From Leptonemataceae bacterium (GTDB lineage Bacteria; Spirochaetota; Leptospiria; Leptospirales; Leptonemataceae), in assembly GCA_965227295.1 (NCBI GenBank), contig OZ245742.1:576001-640000 (forward strand): a stretch of DNA of 64,000 nt, written 5' to 3'. Shown one piece after another: positions 37,208 through 46,900 of the stretch; positions within the stretch are counted from its first letter, which is position 1, and the number at the start of each line of letters is the position of its first letter. The notes beneath the pieces are model-generated. The model ran no database searches. It had not been told where the DNA came from and worked only from the letters and a program-made list of their open reading frames with translations. Position numbers and translations under genes: made by a program.

Positions 37208-38047
37208 ATGGCCGCAAAAAAGAAAACGAAAGGCGTCGCAAAGGCCGCGGGCAACATGCGCGAGATGGCGCTGTTCGACCTGGACTTCACGCTGATTCCT
37301 CACGATACCATGTTCTTGTTCGCGAACTTCGTTCTGAAGAAGCAGCGGCGACGTTTGTTTTACCTGGCCGTATTTTTACCTCTGGTCCCGCTGGCGGCGT
37401 TCAAGTGGGTCGGCATCCTGTCGCTGAAGAGCGCGTTCTTCAGTTTTCTCTGGGGCCTCAGCCGCGAGCAACTGGACGAACTCGCGGCGGAATTCGTCCG
37501 CACCGAGGTCGAGCCACGGCTCTTCCCCGAGGTTCGCGAAGAAGTCCGACGCCAGAAAGAACTCGGCCGCACCGTGGTGTTGAACACGGCGTCGCCGGGC
37601 ATTTACATCGAAGCAATCGCGAAGCTGCTGGACTTCGATTACTGGTTCGCCACGCCCATGATATTGCCGACGGCCGGTTCCGGCGCCCGCCTGCCGCTGT
37701 TCCAGAAATTCTCCGGGCCGAACAACAAGGGCGTACAGAAAATTGTCGCCATGCGTCAGGCGGGTCTGCTCGCTCCCGTTGACGATCCCCGGGCCGAGCA
37801 GGAGCGCGTACGCTTCGCCGCGTCGGACAGCACCGCCGATCTGCCGATGCTGGAAATGGCCGAGGAAGGCCTGTTGATCGATCCGAGCATTGCAAAATTT
37901 CAGAAGAAGACCGGTCGTGATCCAGGTGCGGATTCCGGTCGTTTTTCGGACTGGACAATCTGGCGTCCGCGCGCACCGTACTCCGGTGTCGTCGGCAAGT
38001 ACAGCGCGGCCATGCGCCAACTGCTGGGCCTCTATCCGCATGCATGA
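37208..38047 (+). CDS. HAD-IB family hydrolase
   Basis: FDLDFTL motif I, TASP motif II, SDSTADLPML motif IV. Confidence 0.88.
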   Translation: MAAKKKTKGVAKAAGNMREMALFDLDFTLIPHDTMFLFANFVLKKQRRRLFYLAVFLPLVPLAAFKWVGILSLKSAFFSFLWGLSREQLDELAAEFVRTEVEPRLFPEVREEVRRQKELGRTVVLNTASPGIYIEAIAKLLDFDYWFATPMILPTAGSGARLPLFQKFSGPNNKGVQKIVAMRQAGLLAPVDDPRAEQERVRFAASDSTADLPMLEMAEEGLLIDPSIAKFQKKTGRDPGADSGRFSDWTIWRPRAPYSGVVGKYSAAMRQLLGLYPHA

Positions 38048-38513
38048 ACTCAGACTCATTCTCGCGCGCCTGCTGCTACCGGCTGCGATCGGCCTGACGT
38101 TTGCCGCCTGCACGAACTACACCGCCGAAGAGCAGCTCGTCAATCCGCCCATCATCCTGGACATCACCGCGGAGGGTACGGGGCACATCATCACCGTGGC
38201 GGCGCAAAACTCCGAGATCGGTTTTTTTACGTATCGATTGTTTCAGGGAACTTCGGAGGCGGACGTCTTTACCCAGAATCCCCTGGGCGGCACGGACTGC
38301 GGTCCCCTGGCCCTGCTCCCGGACACGGCCACGAACTACATCATCGAAGTCAAACCCGGCCAATCAACCGTCACCGCGGGCGCGAGCGGCCTGCGCCTCT
38401 GTTCCATTCCGGCGACGTTGAGCTCCGGCGAAGTCATCGCCATCCGCGCGGTGATCTTTAACATCACTTCAGTGCAAACCAGCATTCCCTCAAACGTTTT
38501 TACGGTGCCGTAG
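38040..38513 (+). CDS. Lipoprotein of unknown function
   Basis: Start trimmed to MHELRL; LTFAAC lipobox; beta-rich mature domain. Confidence 0.7.
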   Translation: MHELRLILARLLLPAAIGLTFAACTNYTAEEQLVNPPIILDITAEGTGHIITVAAQNSEIGFFTYRLFQGTSEADVFTQNPLGGTDCGPLALLPDTATNYIIEVKPGQSTVTAGASGLRLCSIPATLSSGEVIAIRAVIFNITSVQTSIPSNVFTVP

Positions 38514-38514
38514 C

Positions 38515-39201
38515 GTGGCCGACGCGGATCATCGAGTACGGATCGTCGAACTGCCGGCGGAGTGCAAGGCGGTATTGCGTGATGCAACCGGCGCGGACGG
38601 CCAGGCGGCTTTTGTCCAGGAACGGAAACGCATCTGGTATCTTCTGGATATCGGCCGGGCGATTGCGCAGATAGCGATGCGGGTCTTCGTCATCGTTACT
38701 TTCACCGCGATGATCGCACTGGCCGTGGCCGCGATCATCCTCGATGGATTCCACTGGGCCGCGATGGTCGTGATTGCTGTGGCCGTGGCCGTAGTCTGGG
38801 CCATGATTACCGGGCGGGCACGAAACCCGGATCGCGAATACAGCCTCCTGGATACGTGGGCGATCTACCGGCACGGCTGGTATGCCATCGGCTGGTTCCG
38901 CGTCGGTGATCGCGTTCTGATTCGCAACTTACGGGAGCACGCGGAACTGACGCCGCCGGGAGCCAGGCTCGCACTGCGCGCGCACTATCATAAAGAAGAC
39001 GGCACCTGGAGCTTTCCGATTCCCGACAAACAAAGCGACATTCTGCCGGAAGATATTCCGGGAATCGTCGAAAAGTTTCCGAAAGCCATGGTCGTGTTCG
39101 ATCTCCACGTCGACGGCAAGTTCTTCAGTTCGTCCTGGACGCCGGTGCCGGCCCGGGAAGCTGCCGTGGAAATCGAACGCCTCGGGATTCCGTGGCGCTA
39201 A
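38515..39201 (+). CDS. Hypothetical membrane protein (2 TM)
   Basis: 228-aa ORF starting 1 bp after the previous stop; two hydrophobic helices. Confidence 0.6.
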   Translation: MADADHRVRIVELPAECKAVLRDATGADGQAAFVQERKRIWYLLDIGRAIAQIAMRVFVIVTFTAMIALAVAAIILDGFHWAAMVVIAVAVAVVWAMITGRARNPDREYSLLDTWAIYRHGWYAIGWFRVGDRVLIRNLREHAELTPPGARLALRAHYHKEDGTWSFPIPDKQSDILPEDIPGIVEKFPKAMVVFDLHVDGKFFSSSWTPVPAREAAVEIERLGIPWR

Positions 39202-39225
39202 TCTTTACGGAAGTTTTGACGTACA

Positions 39226-39257
39226 CAAAAAACCCCGGCACGATCACCGGGGCTTTT
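39226..39257. terminator. Bidirectional intrinsic terminator
   Basis: AAAAAA-CCCCGG-loop-CCGGGG-CTTTT between convergent genes. Confidence 0.75.
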
Positions 39258-39278
39258 CCGAAGTTATGCGCGCGTTTT

Positions 39279-40598
39279 TCAAGCGCCGCGGAACAACTGA
39301 CGCGGATCGAGAGACTCGGAAAGTTTGTAGAAGCGACCGCCGCCGCTCGCGTTCGCCAGGAACGGCGGGACTTCGATCTTCTGCGCTTCGATGAACTTTT
39401 TGGTTTCGTCGATACCGCCGAGGAAATCGACCCAGGCGGACGGCGGGACCCAGTTGAAACCGAAGCCCATGGCGCCGTCGACACCGTTCTGGTCGGTGAC
39501 CTCGGGAATGAGCGAGAACGAGTAGGCGATGTAACGCGCGATCATGCGGCGCAGCAGGTCCGCTTCGAAGCCCTTCGCGTTTTTGAAGATGTCCATGGCC
39601 GTGCGATAGTCGGATTCATGAATGGCCGTAGCCGCTTCTTTGCGAAAGGGGATGTCGATGTTCGGCAGATCCTCGTACTGGCCGGTCTTCGTGTTCAGGA
39701 CCTGCTTGGTGCGCTTGCCTTCGGGTGTCTTGCCGCGAAGATAGAGACCCTTGCCGGCCTTGTTCCCGAGCGCGCCGTCATCGATGAGCTTCTGAAAGTA
39801 CGCCGGCATTTTGAATGTTTCGTGCGCGGAGTCCTTCGTGTTATCGTAGATGTTGTCGACGATGGCTTTGTGTACGTCCAGGCCGACGAGATCCACGGTG
39901 GCCAACGGCGACATGGCGCGGCCGGTGTATCCACCGAACAGAGAATCGATGAGATGAATGCCGCCTTTGTCCTGGTACTCTTCGGCGAGGATGGCCACCT
40001 CGTTCATGAACTGGAAGCCGATGCGGTTGCCCGCGAAGGCCGGCGTATCGTTGGTTACGACGACCTTGCGCAGAAGCTGTTTGTCGAGGTACTCGACGAG
40101 CCCTTTCGTGTACTCCGGATCGTTGCCGGAATGCGTGACCAGTTCGCAGAGCGTGAGTTTGTACGGCGGGTTGAAGAAGTGCGTACCGTAGTAATGCTTT
40201 TGCCCGTCGGCGTCGAAGTGGGACGCCAGGCGGCCGATGGAAAGACCGGAACTTACGGTGGAAAGCAAGGTGCCGGGCTTGCGCACCGCGGCGATGCGCT
40301 TGTGCAGCGGTTCCTTAACTTCGTAGGATTCTGCCACGCATTCAAAGACCCAGTCACTTTCGGCGACGGCCTTTTCGAGATCCGCATCGTAGGTTCCGGC
40401 AACGAAGAGATCTTCGATGACGCCGGACCGCACGGAACCTACCGCCTTGTTGATTCCTTCTTGCGCTTTGTCCACGGTGCGCGCGAGCATGTGGACTCTG
40501 GCACCGCCGAAGCCGGCGACAATTGCCGCGGAGCCCGCGCCCATTGTACCGTTTGCTCCCAGTAGAGTTACAACTTTCGGTTCTTTGAATTCGGCCAT
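39279..40598 (-). CDS. 3-hydroxyacyl-CoA dehydrogenase family protein
   Basis: [43 protein letters not shown]. Confidence 0.9.
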   Translation of the reverse strand: MAEFKEPKVVTLLGANGTMGAGSAAIVAGFGGARVHMLARTVDKAQEGINKAVGSVRSGVIEDLFVAGTYDADLEKAVAESDWVFECVAESYEVKEPLHKRIAAVRKPGTLLSTVSSGLSIGRLASHFDADGQKHYYGTHFFNPPYKLTLCELVTHSGNDPEYTKGLVEYLDKQLLRKVVVTNDTPAFAGNRIGFQFMNEVAILAEEYQDKGGIHLIDSLFGGYTGRAMSPLATVDLVGLDVHKAIVDNIYDNTKDSAHETFKMPAYFQKLIDDGALGNKAGKGLYLRGKTPEGKRTKQVLNTKTGQYEDLPNIDIPFRKEAATAIHESDYRTAMDIFKNAKGFEADLLRRMIARYIAYSFSLIPEVTDQNGVDGAMGFGFNWVPPSAWVDFLGGIDETKKFIEAQKIEVPPFLANASGGGRFYKLSESLDPRQLFRGA

Positions 40599-40643
40599 AA
40601 TGAGGCTGGACAATTCTCATACGTCGACCCACAGGTCAACAAA

Positions 40644-41735
40644 ATGATTCCTGAGGCCCTGCTTGTTACGTTGCGTTTTGTATGCATCTCGCACCTGGCT
40701 TCCTGCGCCGTGTACCTGATGCTGCACCATCGCGGGCAGAGCAGCGCGCGTTACGGTGCGGCCTTCTGCCTCGGCGTCATCGCCTATCTGATCGTGCCGT
40801 CGCTGTACCCCACGACGTTGTGGATCATCCTGCCGCTGTTCGCCGTAGCCGGAACCCAGGCCTTCTGGTTCTGGATGCTGGCGTTGTCTTTTTTTCGGGA
40901 AGGCTTCCGCAGCCGGCCGGTGCACTGGTTCGTTCTCGTCGTGAAGGTCGCCGTATCCGTCGCCATGGCCTGGATGATCGCGCGCAATATGTCGCATATC
41001 TCGCCGGAGGTCGAGTTCCTGTACGTGTTGCCCGCGGTATCGTTTTCGGGTGTGCTGGTGATCCTGGGAATCCGCGAGGCAGTCCGGGATTACGGCGACG
41101 ATTTGCTGGAAGGTCGTCGCAACCTGCGCGTGCTCTACGTCACGGCCGGCGGCGGCGCCATTCTGTTTGCCAGTGTCTTTCGGCTTGGTGCCCAGGGCGA
41201 AGAACTGCGGAGCCTGCATCAACTGTCGACCTACGTGCTGACGCTCACGCTGTGTTACGGCTTTCTATGGACCGCGATGACGGTGCGCGCCGATTTATTG
41301 GAAGAAAGTCCGGCCACCGAAGATGTAAAGCGCGGCGACCCGACCCTCGATGAGGCGCTGCGCCGGCGCCTGGTCAATGCCTTTGAGTTGGAGCGCATGT
41401 ATCGCGAGGAGGGATTGACGATCCGCCGCCTGGCCGCCCGCTTAGAGAGCACTGAGCATAAGTTACGTCGCTTGATCAACGCGGGTCTGGGTTACCGAAA
41501 CTTCAACGACTTCCTGAACCGCTATCGCATTCAGGAGGCCTGCGAGATCTTGCTGGATCCGGGACGGCGGGAACTGCCCATCGTGCGCATTGCCGACGAC
41601 CTGGGTTACCGGTCCCTGGGATCGTTCAACAAGGCCTTTCGAGACCTCACGGGCCAGACGCCCACGGAGTACCGCCGGGCCGAAACACCGGAAACGTCCG
41701 CTTCGCAAAAACCTGACGATTTTCGAAATTCGTAG
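40644..41735 (+). CDS. Membrane-anchored AraC-family regulator
   Basis: 6-7 N-terminal TMs; LRRLINAGLGYRNFNDFLNRYRI and LGYRSLGSFNKAFRDLTGQTPTEYR. Confidence 0.92.
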   Translation: MIPEALLVTLRFVCISHLASCAVYLMLHHRGQSSARYGAAFCLGVIAYLIVPSLYPTTLWIILPLFAVAGTQAFWFWMLALSFFREGFRSRPVHWFVLVVKVAVSVAMAWMIARNMSHISPEVEFLYVLPAVSFSGVLVILGIREAVRDYGDDLLEGRRNLRVLYVTAGGGAILFASVFRLGAQGEELRSLHQLSTYVLTLTLCYGFLWTAMTVRADLLEESPATEDVKRGDPTLDEALRRRLVNAFELERMYREEGLTIRRLAARLESTEHKLRRLINAGLGYRNFNDFLNRYRIQEACEILLDPGRRELPIVRIADDLGYRSLGSFNKAFRDLTGQTPTEYRRAETPETSASQKPDDFRNS

Positions 41736-41782
41736 GGTTTTTCGGAAATCCGGTAGCGGCCCGTCGACGAGTCTGGTATGAT
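41718..41782 (+). promoter_or_regulatory. Putative AraC operator and extended -10 promoter of the desaturase
   Basis: GATTTTCGAAA/TTTCGGAAATC inverted repeat (10/11) and TG-G-TATGAT at 41774-41782. Confidence 0.55.
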
Positions 41783-41791
41783 TCGACGATT

Positions 41792-42604
41792 ATGAGCGAA
41801 ATCACACCGGCCCTCCTCCTCTACGTATTCACATTCGTATTCTTACTCGTCACCGTTCGGTACCTGGTGCTCGCGGGACTCACGTATACGATCTTCTGGA
41901 AGTTCCTCAAAGAACGCCTGCATCACCGGCGCATTCAGCAGAAGTTTCCGAACGCGTCGAAGTTGTGGGCCGAGTTCAAGTGGTCCTTCGCCACGTTCGT
42001 AATTTTCGCTTTGATGGGCGTGGGCATGCACATCTTACGTAAGGCCGGCTACACGCAAAACTACGCAAACATCGCAGACTACGGCTGGGGCTACTGGTTC
42101 TTCAGCATCGCCCTCATGGCGGTGATGCACGACGCCTACTTCTACTGGACGCATCGGTTCATGCATCTGAAGTCCGTGTTCAAGTACGTTCATCGCGTGC
42201 ACCACGAATCCTCGAATCCCTCACCCTGGGCGGCGTTCTCGTTTCATCCCATCGAGGCGGCGATCGAGTTCGGCATTGTCATCGTCATCGCGCTCACGAT
42301 TCCCTATCACGTCTCGGCGATGATCGTATTCTTTACCTACATGACGCTCATGAACGTCCTCGGCCACCTGGGTTACGAAATCTTCCCGCGCGGTTTCACG
42401 CAGAGCCGCTGGACCTGGTGGCACAACACGTCGACGCACCACAACCTGCATCATTCTAAATCTAACTGCAACTATGGTTTGTACTTCAACTGGTGGGACT
42501 ACATGATGGGCACGAACCATCGCAACTACCACGCGACGTTCGAAGAAGTGAAGGCACGCCCGCGGCCGGCGCGGGAGGCGGCCGGATTGATCGCGGCGAA
42601 GTAA
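41792..42604 (+). CDS. Sterol desaturase / fatty acid hydroxylase family protein
   Basis: HDAYFYWTHRFMH, HRVHH, HLGYE, HHNLHH His boxes. Confidence 0.93.
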   Translation: MSEITPALLLYVFTFVFLLVTVRYLVLAGLTYTIFWKFLKERLHHRRIQQKFPNASKLWAEFKWSFATFVIFALMGVGMHILRKAGYTQNYANIADYGWGYWFFSIALMAVMHDAYFYWTHRFMHLKSVFKYVHRVHHESSNPSPWAAFSFHPIEAAIEFGIVIVIALTIPYHVSAMIVFFTYMTLMNVLGHLGYEIFPRGFTQSRWTWWHNTSTHHNLHHSKSNCNYGLYFNWWDYMMGTNHRNYHATFEEVKARPRPAREAAGLIAAK

Positions 42605-42742
42605 GAGTTCCTACAACGCCGTATTTGCGCAGTTTTCTGCGTACAGTGCTTGATTTGCTCGCCAGGTGCGGTATGATCCGCCGCCATCTGAACTGTCATA
42701 TCGACGACGTATACGACGGTGAGGCCCGGGAAGCCGAAGCGC

Positions 42743-43993
42743 TCAGCACTTAATGCAGTACATCATCGCCACGTTACGCGGGCGAGTTTCGGATCCGGTG
42801 CGCGGAGTACCATTGCTGCCGTCGTTGACCGCGCCGCCCGTAGGGATTGCTGCATTCGGCCCAAAGGTCCAGTCCGCACCACCGTAACCGATTCCCTGCT
42901 GAAACGGAGCCGTGCTGTTCTGAAACCGCGCCGCGTGATAGTGTCCCTGAAACTGATCCAGCTGCACCGAGGCGAAGGCGCGCCCACCGTCCACTCCTCG
43001 GCCGTGGTCCCAGCCGCGGACGAACTCACCGCGCAGATCCGGAATGTTGAATGTGCTGGAACCGTCGCCGGTACCAAAGCGCTCGCCGATGCGAGCAAAC
43101 AACCGCGAATATGCCGTGCGGTCCAGCGCCCGGCCGTCGCACTCCAGCCAGCCCTGGGGCGCGACGTCCGTAGCGAAGGCGTTGACGGAACCCGTAAAGT
43201 CACCCTCACGAAAGGTTAGCGGCGGTTGCAGTTTCGCGATGTAGACCTGGGCGAAGATTTCCTGGCTGCCGTCGTTGGTACCGACCCCCAGGCCGGCGCT
43301 GGCATGGGTCTCTTCAGTATAGTGCTGTAGCTCGAATTCCTTCGTAGCGTTCAATACGATCACGCCCTGCCCGTAGGCCAGCATGGACGACTCCCCATGC
43401 GGCGCAAATGTTGAGTGACCGAAAACGGCCGTCACATCGTCCGTAACATTCTGTAAACGTAGCTTAGATCGCCCGGTACGATGACTGTGAGCGGTCATCT
43501 GCACGCGATACGTCCCGGCGGCCATCGTAATCCGATTATTGGTCAGAGATATGCCGTTCAGATTCGTCTGAATCGTATTCAGCGTGCGCAGGTTCCAGGT
43601 ATTCGCGACGGAACCACCGCCGCCACCGCCCGGCACACGGTGTTCGATCACCGCAAAACCGCGTTCGTCCTCGTCGACGTTATCCTCGCGGATCTTCATG
43701 ATCCACACGACCGTCATGTTCACCGGGCGGGTCTCGGAAGTCGTTCGCGGGGTGTCGCCGCTGCCCAGAGGAGTCGTGCCGTCGATACCCGGATGCGAGT
43801 ACCGGCCACCGGCGTTGCTCGTTTTTGCGAGATCGAGGCCGGCCGCAGACGAATCGAAGCCGTAGAGTGTCGTCGTGAAACTGTGCGAGTGCGCCTGGAA
43901 GTTGTCGTCCTCAAACGCACCCGACGACGTACCACCCCGCAAAAACGCGCCGGCAGTGTTCCAGGATTCTTTGGGATTGTTGAGGTCGGGCAC
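42743..43993 (-). CDS. C-terminal part of tail-fibre protein: partial collar module, beta-sandwich domain and complete phage tail-collar domain (no credible own start)
   Basis: Homology begins at VPDLNN; APQGWLECDG...FNIPDLRGEFVRGWDHGRGVD, ETRPRNVAMMYCIK. Confidence 0.8.
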   Translation of the reverse strand: MPDLNNPKESWNTAGAFLRGGTSSGAFEDDNFQAHSHSFTTTLYGFDSSAAGLDLAKTSNAGGRYSHPGIDGTTPLGSGDTPRTTSETRPVNMTVVWIMKIREDNVDEDERGFAVIEHRVPGGGGGGSVANTWNLRTLNTIQTNLNGISLTNNRITMAAGTYRVQMTAHSHRTGRSKLRLQNVTDDVTAVFGHSTFAPHGESSMLAYGQGVIVLNATKEFELQHYTEETHASAGLGVGTNDGSQEIFAQVYIAKLQPPLTFREGDFTGSVNAFATDVAPQGWLECDGRALDRTAYSRLFARIGERFGTGDGSSTFNIPDLRGEFVRGWDHGRGVDGGRAFASVQLDQFQGHYHAARFQNSTAPFQQGIGYGGADWTFGPNAAIPTGGAVNDGSNGTPRTGSETRPRNVAMMYCIKC

Positions 43994-46900
43994 TACCTGC
44001 GTGCGCCCCCGAAACGGTAATCGGATACGCCGGATCGAAATGCGTTCCCGCATGTTTATAGACATTATGAATATGCCCCTGAAACTCATCACCCTGCACG
44101 TCGCCGCTGCTCGTGCTGCCGCGTAAAAACGAACCGCCCGCGTTCCAGGCGTTCAGCGGATTGTTTAAGTTCGGCAACGTTTTGCCGAAGAACGGCGAGT
44201 CCTCGTCGTCGCAGACCTGACCGTTGCACTCGGCCCAACCGTCCGGCAGAGCGGGCACGGAGCCGTCGTAGTTCTTATGCCACGCGATGATCGTGCCGAG
44301 CGGTAAGTTTGCCCCGCCGGATATTAAGGACGACCCGCCTCCGGCCGTCGTCTGCACCGTGCCGTCGGGGAACTTGATCCCGCCGGCCGTCGTGTGAATC
44401 ACGCCGTTGACGGTGAAGGCCTCGTCGGGACTCGAAGTACCGATGCCCACGTTGCCGCTGCCGTTCTGCACGTAGATGATCGTGCGTTCGCTCACCGGCA
44501 GCGTTTCCTCGACGCCGGGCACCACGTTCGGAGCCGTCACTGCAAAGCGCCGCACGTATTCGAAGCCGGGCCGATCTACCGTAACGTAACCGTAGTTCGC
44601 GTACAAGGCCCGGACCTGCGCATCGTCCAAAGCCGTCCCATAAACCCGCGCTTCTTCGAGCAGGCCGTGGAAAAAATCGTCACCGGCAGTGGAGTTCGCA
44701 CCCAACGTTCGTTGCACGTTCATGGAAAACGATTCCGCGCGCGGCGTCACACTGGCCGGCGTAAACGTATCCGCCAGACGCACGCCGTTGATGTAGGCGC
44801 GCAGCAGAGCGCCGTCGCGTACGAAGACGAAGTGCGCCCAATTGCCCACCGGCGAAGTCACCGGCGTCGCGTATTCCGTGGATTGGCCGTCGCTGTAACC
44901 CAGGAAATAGGCCGCGCGAATTTCACCGGCGACGTTGCGCATCATCAACGCCGGGCCGGATTGATCGAGACCGCGCATATCAAACAACACCGGACTCGCA
45001 CTCAACGATTGAAAGCGCGCCCAAATCGAAAGCGTGAAGTCGTTCACGGACGCCGGACTCGCCGCCGCAGGCAACAACACGTGATCGTCGATGCCGTCGA
45101 AACTCAACGCCTGGCCGAAAAGACCGGCCACGCGACTCGCGCCGTTGTTGATGCTGCCGTCGCTGCCGGTGCCGGAAAGATCGACCAACGTTGTACCGGT
45201 ATCAGCCTTCATCGTGTACGCGCCGATCACGTCAGCGTGCACGTCGACGAAGGTCGCCGCGGCCGACGACTGCGATTCCGCCGCGGGATTGCCGTAATAC
45301 ATGTAGACGACGCGCGAGCCCGACGCCGCCACTACCGGCACACGCAGCCAGATGCGCGTGCTCGCCGTATTCAGGCCGCCCTCGATCCAGTGCGGCAACG
45401 CCGTACTCTCATCGCTGTCGAGAAAAAGCAAATCCCCGCCGTCGGAGCGCAGTTTGCCCGCGGCGATCAAGGTCGTGGTGTCCAGCGTTAAGATGATTTG
45501 ATAGTCTGCCAGCGGCGATGTATGGCTGCTATTGTCGATGTTCACCGGAACGCGATAGGCCCGTCCGGCCACGCCCTGGACCTGCGCGTCCACGCGCAAC
45601 GGTACGTCGCCGATGTCGTCGCTGCGAACGCGCACACCGTCGGCGAACTCCACCACGCCGGATGAGTTCCCCGAGCGCACGTTGCCCGCGATGGTCAGCG
45701 TGTCGCCGTCCTCGTTGCCGAGATTCACGTCACCCTCCACGTGCTCGGCGTCCTTCGCGATGACGTCGCCGCGCACGATGAAGTCGCCCGTGACCTCCAG
45801 GTTGCCGTCGATGATATCGCCGGAACGGTTCACCTTGCCCGCCGCCAGCGCATCCAGCGCGCCCTGAACGTTTGCTTCGCCCTCCAGGTCGCCGCCGGAA
45901 ACGGCCGCGTAGTCCGTCGCGACGGCATCGCTACGATGCGCCGAAAAACGAACCGTGTCACCGAGGTCGTTGCCGTCGTCGTCCAGCAACCGCGCTTCCG
46001 CCGTCTGGGTGAAATTCAGGTCCGCGCCGTTCTGCCAGATACACGCGGCGTAACCCTCCGCATCCGCGACGACATCGACGCTGCTGCCCGTGTTGGCCGT
46101 GTTCGATGCGTCTTCTAAGTTTCCACCACCGGAAGTTACAGTAAAACGCACGCGCGCGGCCGGCACCCCGTGACGCCCCGCCGCCACACGTACACGGAGC
46201 TGCTCTGCCAGCCGGCCGGCCGGCATGGCGCCCTGGCCGTCGCCGCCGGCGTACTCCAGGACGGCCTCACCCAGCGCGGGGAAGATGTGCCGCGCATCCG
46301 CCGTCACGGACCAACCGCCGGCCGTGCGCTCCAAGAACGCCAGGCGCGCGTACCGGTGTACGATGCCGTCAGATTCCACGGCCACCGGCAGACCGCTGAC
46401 TTCATCGTGCTCCCATTCGATGTTGCGCGACACGGTACGTGCGGGAATGAGCCAGTAATCCCCGGCACGGAATTCCCGGGACGGGTCGTTCTCGAAGCGA
46501 AGTTCCAGGCCATCTTCCAATTCGAAGGCGTTGCCGTCCGATGGGATAAGCACGGCGCCGGCGGGCCCATGCAAATCCCACGGCCGCACGCGGCGGACGC
46601 CCCGAGAAAAATCGTTAATAGTCAGCGATGTTATGTTAGAATCAAAGTGTTCGTAACTGTTCGGATCGAGCACCAGAACCCGGTCCTGCACGGAGGCAAT
46701 GCGCGCCAGAGTGCCCGGGCGCCCTTCGAGTTCCATACCCTCGTCGATCAGTTCGATCCACTGGCCGGCTCGATAGCTCAGCGAAGCGTCCCGGCCGCTC
46801 GAACTCACCGTAACGGCGTCGCCGTCTTGCGCGACCCAGCGTGTCACGAAGGCCGCGTTCTGGCGCGACCATTTAAACGTCGCCACACCCGCCGGGCCGC

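Noticed and set aside
43994-44092. Annotated start of the 449-aa ORF (MMSFRG...)
   Set aside because: The first ~33 aa are the alternative frame of ORF1's conserved collar module; homology begins only at VPDLNN
42743-44330. Diversity-generating retroelement or invertase shufflon acting on fibre tips
   Set aside because: No reverse transcriptase or recombinase in the window; the repeats are diverged at all bases, not adenine-specific, and are in direct orientation
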